Shown here: positions 29,600-39,273 of the stretch, one piece after another | Numbering within the stretch: the stretch's first letter is position 1 | Layout of the letters: each line of letters opens with the position of its first letter | From: Ruminococcaceae bacterium UBA6845 | GTDB lineage: Bacteria; Bacillota; Clostridia; Oscillospirales; Acutalibacteraceae | Reading direction: 5' to 3' | DNA: 64,000 nucleotides | NCBI GenBank assembly: GCA_002449395.1 | Contig: DKDP01000033.1 | Location: 106,113 to 170,112, forward strand | The notes under the pieces: model-generated | What the model was told of the DNA's origin: nothing | Seen by the model: only the letters and a program-made list of their open reading frames with translations | The model's database searches: none | Made by a program: the position numbers and the translations under genes

Positions 29600-30721
29600 A
29601 TGAAATTTGTATGTGAAACATCAACTCTCTCACTTGCATGTCAGAATGTTCAGAGAGCGGTATCTTCAAAGTCATCTATTCCCGGCGCAGAGGGTATTCT
29701 TATCAAGACAACCGTGAACGGACTTTCTCTTACAGGATACGATCTTGAAATCGGCATAAATACAAACATTTATGCAAAGGTTGAGGAAGAGGGTGCGATT
29801 ATCATTAACGCAAAGATTCTTTGTGAAATTCTTCGTAAAATTCCTAACCAGACTGTTTCATTTGATTCCGATGAAAGAAACCTTGCCGTTATCAGAAGCG
29901 GAGATATTAAATATGAGATTATGGGCATTTCTGCCGACGAATATCCCGAGCTTCCGACTGTTCAGGGAGGATTTTCAATCAATCTTAATAAAAAGCAGCT
30001 TGAGGAAATGGTTAAGCAGACAATTTTTGCAGTTGCCGTTACAGATACAAAGGTTGTTTATACGGGTATCAAATTTGAAATTTCCGATAATGAGCTTAAA
30101 CTGATTGCTGTCGACGGTTTTAGAATGGCAATCAGAAAAGAGTTTATAGATTACAAGGGCGAGGATATGACATTTATCGTTCCTGCAAAAACGATGAATG
30201 AAATTATCAAGATTTCAGTCGAAGAGGAAAATGAAGAAGAGACTGAAATTTCAATCGGCGTCGGAAAGCGTCATATTGTTTTTGAAGTAAACGGTTACAG
30301 CGTTATCTCACGCTTGCTTGAGGGCGAGTTTTTGAATTATAAGTCAACTATCCCGACTACCGCCCAGACAACCGTTGAGGTTGACACAAGAAGCCTTATA
30401 GAGAGTATTGAACGTACTTCTCTTATTATCACCGACAGAACGAAGAGTCTGATTAACTGCGTTTTCGATACGGATTTCATCAGAATTTCAAGTATAACCT
30501 CTCTCGGTACAGCCAGTGACAAGGTGAGCGCAGATGTTGACGGCAGCAGGGTAGAAATAGGCTTTAACAATCGTTACTTTATAGAGGCTCTGAGAGCCTG
30601 TAACACCGACAGGGTAAAAATTATTCTTAACGGTGCGGTCTCTCCGATATTGATTCTGCCGACAGAGGGCGACAGCTTCACATTCCTTGTACTTCCCGTG
30701 AGGTTGAAGAAAAATGCTTAA
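29600..30721 (+). CDS. dnaN: DNA polymerase III beta sliding clamp
   Basis: 373 aa with a typical DnaN N-terminus (MKF.C....L......V.RAVS.KS.IP...GILI) and three-domain length. Confidence 0.95.
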   Translation: MKFVCETSTLSLACQNVQRAVSSKSSIPGAEGILIKTTVNGLSLTGYDLEIGINTNIYAKVEEEGAIIINAKILCEILRKIPNQTVSFDSDERNLAVIRSGDIKYEIMGISADEYPELPTVQGGFSINLNKKQLEEMVKQTIFAVAVTDTKVVYTGIKFEISDNELKLIAVDGFRMAIRKEFIDYKGEDMTFIVPAKTMNEIIKISVEEENEEETEISIGVGKRHIVFEVNGYSVISRLLEGEFLNYKSTIPTTAQTTVEVDTRSLIESIERTSLIITDRTKSLINCVFDTDFIRISSITSLGTASDKVSADVDGSRVEIGFNNRYFIEALRACNTDRVKIILNGAVSPILILPTEGDSFTFLVLPVRLKKNA

Positions 30722-30965
30722 CAACAGAAAAATAAAACTTAAAATTAAAGAAAAAGAGATTATTCAAAAACATATAGCAACCGAATTTATCCGTCTTGAC
30801 GCCTTTTTAAAGCTGTGCGATGCGGTACAGTCGGGCGGTCACGCAAAGATTGTGATTCAGGACGGAGAAATTAAGGTTAACGGTGAAATCTGCGAGCAGA
30901 GAGGAAAAAAACTTCGCATCGGAGATAAAGTCGAGTTTGAAAATAAAATTTATGAGATAATCTGA
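30714..30965 (+). CDS. yaaA: S4-domain RNA-binding protein YaaA
   Basis: IRLDAFLKLCDAVQSGGHAKIVIQDGEIKVNGEICEQRGKKLRIGDKV. Conserved position between dnaN and recF. Confidence 0.8.
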   Translation: MLNNRKIKLKIKEKEIIQKHIATEFIRLDAFLKLCDAVQSGGHAKIVIQDGEIKVNGEICEQRGKKLRIGDKVEFENKIYEII

Positions 30966-30975
30966 GAAATGCAAT

Positions 30976-32067
30976 ATGAACATTGAAAAAGCTGTTATAA
31001 AAAATTTCCGTAATATTGAAAATATGGAGCTTGAGCCGAGTAACGGAATTAATGTTATCTACGGCGAAAACGGTCACGGAAAAACAAATATTATTGAAAG
31101 TTTTTGGCTTTTTACAGGATGTAACAGCTTCAGAACAAGGAAAAATATTGAGCTTATAAATAAAGATTCGGATTTTTCAGAGCTTTTTATTCAATTTTTT
31201 TCAAACAGCAGGGAACAGGACGCAAAGCTCATTATAAAAGATAAAAAGGAAGCATATTTAAACGGCATAAAACAGGTTTCACCGAGGAAATTTCTCGGTG
31301 AATTTCAAGCTGTTGTATTTTCTCCGTCCGTACTCTCGGTTATAAGAGACGGTCCGTCAGAAAAAAGAAAATTTATTGACATTGCAATAAGTTTGATTAA
31401 ACCGAATTATGCCGCTTTGCTTTCAAAATATAATAAAACGATTATTCAGCGAAATTCGTTATTAAAGCAGATCGGCACCGAAAAAAAAGGTGAAGATCTT
31501 CTTTTTGTTTTTGATGAAGAGCTTGCAAGATGCGGCGGAAAAATTATTGATTACCGTCTTAAATATTTGAAAGATTTAAGCAGTGACGCTCCGAAGATTT
31601 ATTCCGAAATTTCAAACGGCAGAGAAAAAATGAAAATTTCATATGTTAACTCAATGAAAGAAATCGGAAAAAATAATGTTGAATGGTCGGAGATTTTATA
31701 TAAAAATCTTTCGGAAAATCACGAAAAGGATATTATGCGTCAGGCGACATCTTTCGGTCCGCATAAGGATGATCTGGAAATTTTTCTTGATGATATGAAT
31801 GTCAGAAATTACGGATCTCAGGGTCAGCAGCGATCCTGTGCACTCTCATTAAAAATCTGTGAAGCAACAATATTAAAAAATGTATCCGGTGAACAGCCGA
31901 TTGCTTTAATGGATGATGTAATGAGTGAACTTGACGAAAACAGACAGAAATATTTGATGAAATTTTTTGACGGATGGCAGGTATTTGTTACCTGTTGCGA
32001 TCCGTCACACAAAAGTAAAATTAATTCGGACAAAGTTTTTGAAATTTGCGACGGAAGGATAAAATAA
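30976..32067 (+). CDS. recF: DNA replication and repair protein RecF
   Basis: FRNIE...GINVIYGENGHGKTNIIES (Walker A) and a C-terminal LMDDVMSELD (Walker B). Confidence 0.93.
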   Translation: MNIEKAVIKNFRNIENMELEPSNGINVIYGENGHGKTNIIESFWLFTGCNSFRTRKNIELINKDSDFSELFIQFFSNSREQDAKLIIKDKKEAYLNGIKQVSPRKFLGEFQAVVFSPSVLSVIRDGPSEKRKFIDIAISLIKPNYAALLSKYNKTIIQRNSLLKQIGTEKKGEDLLFVFDEELARCGGKIIDYRLKYLKDLSSDAPKIYSEISNGREKMKISYVNSMKEIGKNNVEWSEILYKNLSENHEKDIMRQATSFGPHKDDLEIFLDDMNVRNYGSQGQQRSCALSLKICEATILKNVSGEQPIALMDDVMSELDENRQKYLMKFFDGWQVFVTCCDPSHKSKINSDKVFEICDGRIK

Positions 32068-32069
32068 TT

Positions 32070-32348
32070 ATGTTTCTTCATCTCGGACAGGATACGGTTA
32101 TTATTGAGGACGACATAATAGGCATTTTTGATCTTGATACAACAACGGTTTCAAAGCCAACAAGAGACTATTTGAAAACAATGCAAAATGGCGGAAATGT
32201 TGTCAATGTCAGCTACGATTTGCCAAAATCCTTTGTTATAACCTGTAAAAAAAATTCTAAGAAAAAGACTATGTATATTTCTCCTATTTCAACCGCAACG
32301 TTGTTAAAACGATCGGAAAATGTCAATTATCTTAAAGATATAAAGTAA
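32070..32348 (+). CDS. remB: DUF370 protein (RemB/YaaB-like)
   Basis: MFLHLGQDTVIIEDDIIGIFDLD is the typical DUF370 N-terminus. The position after recF matches B. subtilis. ATG 32070 follows the recF stop by 2 nt. Confidence 0.75.
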   Translation: MFLHLGQDTVIIEDDIIGIFDLDTTTVSKPTRDYLKTMQNGGNVVNVSYDLPKSFVITCKKNSKKKTMYISPISTATLLKRSENVNYLKDIK

Positions 32349-32366
32349 CAAAAGGAGATGTATTAA

Positions 32367-33206
32367 TTGAAAACAGGTATTATAGACTGCGGCGGCGGGC
32401 TCAGAGGTATTTACGGCGCCGGAGTTTTTGATTACTGCCTTGACAATAATATTTCATTTGATGTTATAATCGGAATTTCTGCCGGCAGTGCAAATCTTGC
32501 TTCTTTTTCTTCGGGGCAGCGCGGAAGAAATTATTATTTTTATCACGATTATCCTTTCAGAAAAGAGTATATGAGCGTTGATAATTTACTAAAGAAAAAG
32601 TATTATCTTGATCTTGATTATGTTTACGGAAAGCTCAGCAACAGCGATGGAGAAAATCCGTTTGATTTTGATAATTTTAAAAAAAATAAGTCTGAAAAAT
32701 ATATCATTGCAACCGATGCACAAACGGGAGAAGCAAAATATTTCGACGCAAATAAAATGGATAAAAATAATTATTGGTTCTTAAAAGCATCGTCCTGTAT
32801 TCCGGTTGTTTGTTCTCCTGCTATTGAAGATAATCAAAGATATTTTGACGGCGGAATAAGCGACCCGATTCCGATTGATTTTGCAATTGAAAAGGGATGT
32901 GAAAAAATTATAATTATTTGGACAAAGCCTATTGAAGATATCGGCAGTTTTAAACTTGATGAATTTGCAGGACAGGCGATGAAAAATAAATTTCCGAATG
33001 TTTCAAAGAAACTTATTAACAGAAAGAAAAAAGTTGAAGACTCTTTGAACTATGCAAAACAGCTCAGCAGAGACGGAAAGGTTTTGATTATCAGCCCGGA
33101 GACAATCGGAAAAATGAGCACTCTTACAAAGGATAAAGATGCCTTGGACAGACTTTATAAAATAGGTTATTCCGATGCAAGAAAAATAAAAGATTTTTTG
33201 AAATAA
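32367..33206 (+). CDS. patatin-like phospholipase
   Basis: Oxyanion motif DCGGGLRGIYGAG, nucleophile elbow GISAGS, and a catalytic Asp in DGGISD. TTG start 18 nt after remB. AT-rich. Confidence 0.85.
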   Translation: MKTGIIDCGGGLRGIYGAGVFDYCLDNNISFDVIIGISAGSANLASFSSGQRGRNYYFYHDYPFRKEYMSVDNLLKKKYYLDLDYVYGKLSNSDGENPFDFDNFKKNKSEKYIIATDAQTGEAKYFDANKMDKNNYWFLKASSCIPVVCSPAIEDNQRYFDGGISDPIPIDFAIEKGCEKIIIIWTKPIEDIGSFKLDEFAGQAMKNKFPNVSKKLINRKKKVEDSLNYAKQLSRDGKVLIISPETIGKMSTLTKDKDALDRLYKIGYSDARKIKDFLK

Positions 33207-33225
33207 AATTTGCAGAATTAATTTT

Positions 33226-33418
33226 GGCGCCCCTTTAGAGGAGCTGGCACGATCTTGTGTCGTGACTGAGGTGTTTTGTTAAATGTCTAATAAATCTTGC
33301 TTTGAGCGTGGGCTCCTCCTCCGGGGGAGCTGTCGGCGAAGCCGATTGAGGGAGTAAGGATTTATCAGACTTTAACCCCTCCGTTTCGCTCCGCTCAACA
33401 CCTCCCCTGCAAGGGAGG
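33226..33418 (+). repeat. cluster of three GC-rich hairpin repeat units (types A, A and B)
   Basis: Unit 1 (33226-33273) reads ...gaggagctggcacga-tcttgtg-tcgtgactgaggtg. Unit 2 (33300-33359) is the reverse-complement twin of 17302-17365. Unit 3 (33364-33418) reads atcagactttaac...cacctcccctgcaagggagg and is related to 48823-48901. Confidence 0.85.
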
Positions 33419-33492
33419 CAAGAATAATCTCCATTGAAATTTTAAATTATTTAATTTTAACAAATCCGCAAGTATAAAAATTAGTAAATAAT

Positions 33493-33535
33493 AAAAAAAC
33501 AGCCCTTTACTGAAATGTAAAGAGCTGTAATTTTT
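33493..33535 (-). terminator. intrinsic terminator downstream of fba
   Basis: A 12-bp stem with one mismatch (acagccctttac / gtaaagagctgt), with an A-run on the plus strand (a T-run for the minus-strand transcript) and a T5 run on the other side. Confidence 0.75.
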
Positions 33536-33544
33536 ATAATTCGA

Positions 33545-34480
33545 TTATGCCTTGCCTGCGCAGCCGAGAACTGTGTTGATCTTATGCTCAACCATTCCTT
33601 CAATTGCGTCACGAGCGGGCTTAAGATACTGACGGGGATCGAAATCGCTCGGATGCTCAACAAAGTGCTTTCTGATAGCTGCTGTCATTGCAAGACGAAG
33701 ATCGGAGTCGATGTTGATCTTGCAGACTGCCATTGTTGCTGCCTGACGGAGCATATCCTCAGGAATACCGATTGCGTCCGGCATACTTCCGCCGTACTTA
33801 TTGATTTCCTCAACAAACTCGGGGATGACCGAAGATGCACCGTGGAGAACGATCGGGAATCCCGGAAGTCTCTTTGATACTTCTTCAAGAATATCAAAAC
33901 GAAGCTGCGGCTTCTGACCGGGCTTGAACTTGTATGCACCGTGGCTTGTGCCGATAGCGATAGCAAGTGAATCAACACCTGTACGCTTTACGAAATCCTC
34001 AACCTGATCGGGATTTGTATAAGATGCGTCCTCAGCATTAACGCTGACTTCATCCTCAACGCCTGCAAGCTGTCCAAGCTCACCCTCAACAACAACGCCG
34101 TGAGCGTGTGCGTAGTCAACAACCTTCTTTGTAAGTGCAACGTTCTCTTCATAAGGAAGTGAAGAACCGTCGATCATAACGGAAGTAAATCCGCCGTCAA
34201 TACAAGCCTTACAGGTCTCAAAATCCGGACCGTGATCAAGATGAAGTGCGATCGGGAGACCTGACTCCTCAACAGCAGCCTCAACAAGTTTAACAAGATA
34301 AAGATGATTAGCATATGCGCGTGCGCCCTTTGAAACCTGGAGAATAAGGGGAGCATTGAGCTTCTTTCCTGCTGCAACGATACCCTGGATGATCTCCATA
34401 TTGTTTACGTTGAATGCGCCGACAGCGTAACCGCCTTCATAAGCGTCTTTGAACATTTTTGTAGTTGTTACAAGTGGCAT
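33545..34480 (-). CDS. fba: class II fructose-1,6-bisphosphate aldolase
   Basis: MPLVTTTKMF..A..GGYAVGAFNVNNME, HLDHG, and a GTSHGAYKF-type motif. ATG 34480 chosen, with AAGGAG 8 nt upstream. Confidence 0.93.
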   Translation of the reverse strand: MPLVTTTKMFKDAYEGGYAVGAFNVNNMEIIQGIVAAGKKLNAPLILQVSKGARAYANHLYLVKLVEAAVEESGLPIALHLDHGPDFETCKACIDGGFTSVMIDGSSLPYEENVALTKKVVDYAHAHGVVVEGELGQLAGVEDEVSVNAEDASYTNPDQVEDFVKRTGVDSLAIAIGTSHGAYKFKPGQKPQLRFDILEEVSKRLPGFPIVLHGASSVIPEFVEEINKYGGSMPDAIGIPEDMLRQAATMAVCKINIDSDLRLAMTAAIRKHFVEHPSDFDPRQYLKPARDAIEGMVEHKINTVLGCAGKA

Positions 34481-34511
34481 AAAAAACACTCCTTTATTTT
34501 ATTACAGGATA

Positions 34512-34539
34512 ATTATATCATTTTTATCCTTTTTGTCAA
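34512..34539 (-). promoter_or_regulatory. sigma-A-type promoter for fba
   Basis: On the minus strand: TTGACA (34539-34534), 16-nt spacer, TATAAT (34517-34512), preceded by TG (extended -10). Confidence 0.55.
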
Positions 34540-34570
34540 TGTGATTTGATATTTTTTTAACGTTCGTTAA

Positions 34571-35839
<1,269 letters not shown>

Positions 35840-35858
35840 TTATATCACTCCAATATTA

Positions 35859-36719
35859 TTATTTACCGTAATTTTCGAGTTTCATCGCAAGACTTTCAAG
35901 ATCGTCCTTGTCAAAAAATTCAATTTCTAGCAAGCCTGCGTCCCTCTTTGATTCTTTTATTTTAACCTTTCTGCCAAGGTTTTCAACAAGAGCAAGCTCA
36001 ACCTCGCTAAAAAACTTATCTCTTTTTTGTTGCTTTGGAATTTTAGGAGTTTTCTTGGAATTTTTAACCATTGTTTCAACTTCACGAACAGAAAGATCCT
36101 CTTTAACAATCAGCTTTGCTGTTTGAATAATCATATCTTCACTGTCAAATCCGAGCAAAGCTCTTGCGTGACCTGGAGAAATGAGATTATTTTTTACCAT
36201 CTCTTGAACTTCATCTGGAAGTTTCAGAAGTCTGAGTGCATTTGCGACGGCTGGACGTGATTTTCCAACCTTTTCTGCCGCTTGCTCCTGCGTAATGCCG
36301 AGCTCATCCATCATATAGCGGTATCCGAGTGCCTCTTCGAGCGGATTCAAGTCCTCGCGCTGGAGGTTTTCAATCATCGCTATTTCAATAACTTCTTCGT
36401 CGCTGAGCTCCTTAATTACAACGGGAACCTCAGTCAATCCTGCAATTCTTGCGGCTCTCCAGCGTCTTTCACCTGCGACAAGCTGATATGCACCGTTTGC
36501 AAGCGGACGAACAACAAGAGGCTGAAGAACACCGTGCTGTTCAATGCTTTCGGCAAGCTCCGATAAAGCCTTTTCGTCAAAATCCTTTCTCGGTTGATCG
36601 TGGTTAGGCTCAATCTCCATTATGCGGAGCTTATTTACAGACGGATTTATCTCATCAACGGAGTTGTCGGCAAAAAGTGAATCAAGCCCCCTGCCGAGAC
36701 CTCCTAATTTTTTTGCCAT
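35859..36719 (-). CDS. parB: chromosome partitioning protein ParB/Spo0J
   Basis: GLGRGLDSL, the GERRWRAA box, and an HTH VGKSRPAVANALRLLKLP carrying the ParB-type (R/A) specificity residues. Confidence 0.93.
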   Translation of the reverse strand: MAKKLGGLGRGLDSLFADNSVDEINPSVNKLRIMEIEPNHDQPRKDFDEKALSELAESIEQHGVLQPLVVRPLANGAYQLVAGERRWRAARIAGLTEVPVVIKELSDEEVIEIAMIENLQREDLNPLEEALGYRYMMDELGITQEQAAEKVGKSRPAVANALRLLKLPDEVQEMVKNNLISPGHARALLGFDSEDMIIQTAKLIVKEDLSVREVETMVKNSKKTPKIPKQQKRDKFFSEVELALVENLGRKVKIKESKRDAGLLEIEFFDKDDLESLAMKLENYGK

Positions 36720-37496
36720 TTACATTACCTCCTTACCGTTTAATTTTAAAAATTCATCGGCAAGTGCGTCATAAGCAATTGCACCCTTTGAACTTTTATC
36801 ATAATAGTGTATCGGTAATCCGTAGCTCGGCGCCTCGGAGAGCTTAACATTTCTCGGAATAGCCGTTGAATATACCTTTTTAGGGAAGAACCTTTTCAGC
36901 TCCCCGACAACCTGCTGAGTAAGGTTTAACCTGCCGTCATACATTGTAAGGAGTACGCCCTCCATATCAATGTGCGGATTATAGAGCCTTTTAACCTGAC
37001 GGATTGTAGACATAAGCTGTGAAAGACCCTCGAGCGCATAGTATTCGCATTGAATCGGGACAAGAACAGTATCAGCCGAACAAAGAGCATTAAGAGTTAT
37101 AAGACCGAGCGATGGCGGACAATCAAGAAAAATAAAATCAAAATCTGCCTTTATCGGGGCAATTGCATTCTTAATTTTACTCTCACGACGCTGCATATCA
37201 ACAAGTTCAAGTTCAGCGCCTGCAAGATTCATATTTGAGGGCAAAACCCAAAGATTATCAAACTTTGTTTTTATCATTGCCTTTTCAATCGGCAATGAAT
37301 TGACAATTACATCGTATGATGATGTTTCAAGCTCTCTTTTATTAACTCCGAGACCGCTTGTTGCATTGCCCTGTGGGTCTATATCCATAAGCAGGACTCG
37401 CTGCCCTTTTAAAGCTACCGATGCGGCAAGATTAACCGTTGAAGTTGTCTTTCCGACGCCTCCTTTTTGGTTAACAACCGCAATTACTTTTGCCAT
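36720..37496 (-). CDS. parA: chromosome partitioning ATPase ParA/Soj
   Basis: Deviant Walker A, NQKGGVGKTT, with full-length Soj-like sequence. Confidence 0.95.
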   Translation of the reverse strand: MAKVIAVVNQKGGVGKTTSTVNLAASVALKGQRVLLMDIDPQGNATSGLGVNKRELETSSYDVIVNSLPIEKAMIKTKFDNLWVLPSNMNLAGAELELVDMQRRESKIKNAIAPIKADFDFIFLDCPPSLGLITLNALCSADTVLVPIQCEYYALEGLSQLMSTIRQVKRLYNPHIDMEGVLLTMYDGRLNLTQQVVGELKRFFPKKVYSTAIPRNVKLSEAPSYGLPIHYYDKSSKGAIAYDALADEFLKLNGKEVM

Positions 37497-37590
37497 ATAT
37501 TCACTTCCTCTTATTTTCTCTGTAAATTATATCACAACTGTGTATAAAAGAAAAGTGGTAAATAAAAAATATCTTTTGTTTTACAATCAA

Positions 37591-37606
37591 TGTTTCACGT
37601 GAAACA
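37591..37606. promoter_or_regulatory. parS centromere site (perfect consensus)
   Basis: TGTTTCACGTGAAACA is a 16-bp perfect palindrome identical to the Firmicute parS consensus. It lies between the noc stop and the parA start. Confidence 0.9.
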
Positions 37607-37628
37607 AAGAAAGACGGGTCTCCCCGCC

Positions 37629-38453
37629 TCATTTGTTTTCAATATTATTAGGTTTATTTATCTTAACAACATATTCTATGTAATTTTCGGTTTCATTCTT
37701 AGTCGCAGAAGCATTTATACCGCTTTTTCGCATTGTACTGACTGCGTGATTAAGTGTGTTAATAAAAATTCTTACATCTTTAAATACCATAACTTTTTTG
37801 CCCTTTTTCTCTTTTTCAGGCTCTTTGCTGAGCATATCCGTAATTAATTGCTCCGTTGCATTGACGGTCAGTCCCTGTTCAACAATTGAATCAAGCGCCT
37901 GTTCCATCATTGAAACACTCGGCAACCTTAAAAGTGCACGTGCGTGACGTTCTGTTAAACCGTAAAGCATAACACTGTAACGTATCTCGTCGGGCAAACG
38001 AAGTATTCTCAGCTTATTTGACAAAGCGGACTGTGATTTGCCGAGCTTTCGTGCAACCTCTTCCTGGCTGAAACCGAAACCCTTAATTAATCGTTCAATT
38101 GCCATTGCTTCCTCAAAAAAATGCAGATTTTCACGCTGAAGATTTTCAATAACAGCGAGCATTGCCGACCTTTCCTCGTCAACATCAACCACAATGGACG
38201 GAATCGCCGACAATCCTGCCATTTTACAGGCTCTAAGTCTGCGTTCACCGGAAATCAGCTCATATTTGCCGTTATCCTTTTTTCGGACGGTAATTGGCTG
38301 AAGTAATCCATTATAGTGTATACTTTCTGCCAATCCCTCAAGATCATCCCAGTTAAAGCTCTTTCTCGGCTGATGAGGATTCGGCTGAATCAGCCTTGCA
38401 GGAATCAGCAAAACCTCGTTGCTTTTCTTATATTTAGTTTGGCTTTTGAGCAT
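37629..38453 (-). CDS. noc: nucleoid occlusion protein Noc (ParB-family paralogue)
   Basis: The HTH LGKSQSALSNKLRILRLP carries the Noc-type Q and K where ParB has R and A. LTERHARAL and the C-terminal region resemble B. subtilis Noc. Position between parA and rsmG is conserved. Confidence 0.8.
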   Translation of the reverse strand: MLKSQTKYKKSNEVLLIPARLIQPNPHQPRKSFNWDDLEGLAESIHYNGLLQPITVRKKDNGKYELISGERRLRACKMAGLSAIPSIVVDVDEERSAMLAVIENLQRENLHFFEEAMAIERLIKGFGFSQEEVARKLGKSQSALSNKLRILRLPDEIRYSVMLYGLTERHARALLRLPSVSMMEQALDSIVEQGLTVNATEQLITDMLSKEPEKEKKGKKVMVFKDVRIFINTLNHAVSTMRKSGINASATKNETENYIEYVVKINKPNNIENK

Positions 38454-38559
38454 AAAAAGACCTCCTTATGCGTACCACAAAAATACTGTAACACGACAAA
38501 AGAAGGTTGTCCAATGTTTTTCATTGACCGTATATTTTATATTTCTATCTGTTTTTCGC

Positions 38560-39273
38560 TTATGAGAGCGGTTTTTTTGATATTTGTGCCGAAGCACGTG
38601 GATATTTTGGCGGAGTTTGCGATATTTTTTTTGTGATAATTACATATCTTTCACCGCAATTCTCAATGTTAAGCTCTTTGATTTCATTAATTTTTCCGCC
38701 GAGGCGATTAATTGCACCCTTGGCGGCAGTTACCTCTTCATCGGTTTTTGCTGATTTCATCGGAGCAAAAACACCGCCGACTTTAACAAACGGCATACAA
38801 TATTCACTCAATGTATTCAGATTTGCAACGGCTCTTGCTGTGACAAGATCATATTTTTCACGAAAATAAGGATCTCTTCCTGCAAGTTCAGCTCGCATAT
38901 GAACAATTTCCGCATCAAGTCCGATTTTTTCAAGAACATTTGAAATGAACACAAGTCTTTTATTTGTTCCGTCAAGAAGAGTTATTTTAAGATCGGGACG
39001 TGCAATAAGCAAAACAACACCCGGAAAACCCGCTCCCGTGCCGACGTCAATTACTTTAGCGTTTTCTTTAAGCTCAACGCAAGTCAAAAGTGAAAGAGAA
39101 TCAACAAAATGCTTATAGACAATTTCATCAGGATCTGTTATTGCGGTTAGATTGAGAGTTTTATTTGTTTCAACAAGCATTTCAGCATATTCATCAAGTC
39201 TGCTGAGCGCCGTTTCATCGAGTATAACTCCTATTTTATCTGCTTCACTTTTTAAAAGTGCTTTATTTATCAT
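38560..39273 (-). CDS. rsmG: 16S rRNA (guanine527-N7)-methyltransferase RsmG
   Basis: NLTAITDPDEI..KHF.DSL and the SAM motif DVGTGAGFPG. ATG 39273 chosen (M7 of the ORF). Confidence 0.9.
   Translation of the reverse strand: MINKALLKSEADKIGVILDETALSRLDEYAEMLVETNKTLNLTAITDPDEIVYKHFVDSLSLLTCVELKENAKVIDVGTGAGFPGVVLLIARPDLKITLLDGTNKRLVFISNVLEKIGLDAEIVHMRAELAGRDPYFREKYDLVTARAVANLNTLSEYCMPFVKVGGVFAPMKSAKTDEEVTAAKGAINRLGGKINEIKELNIENCGERYVIITKKISQTPPKYPRASAQISKKPLS

Noticed and set aside
33207-33544. Convergence of plus- and minus-strand gene arrays as a possible replication terminus / dif site
   Set aside because: I found no sequence resembling the Firmicute dif/XerCD site. The presence of parS sites, parAB, dnaN and a DnaA-box cluster within a few kb argues for origin proximity, not terminus proximity.
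37590-37847. ORFs beginning MFHVKQR (37590-37847 plus strand and 39406-39660 minus strand), suggestive of a repeated small gene
   Set aside because: The shared N-terminus is simply the translation of the palindromic parS site (A-TGTTTCACGTGAAACA). The rest of each ORF is antisense to noc or in-gene for mnmG.
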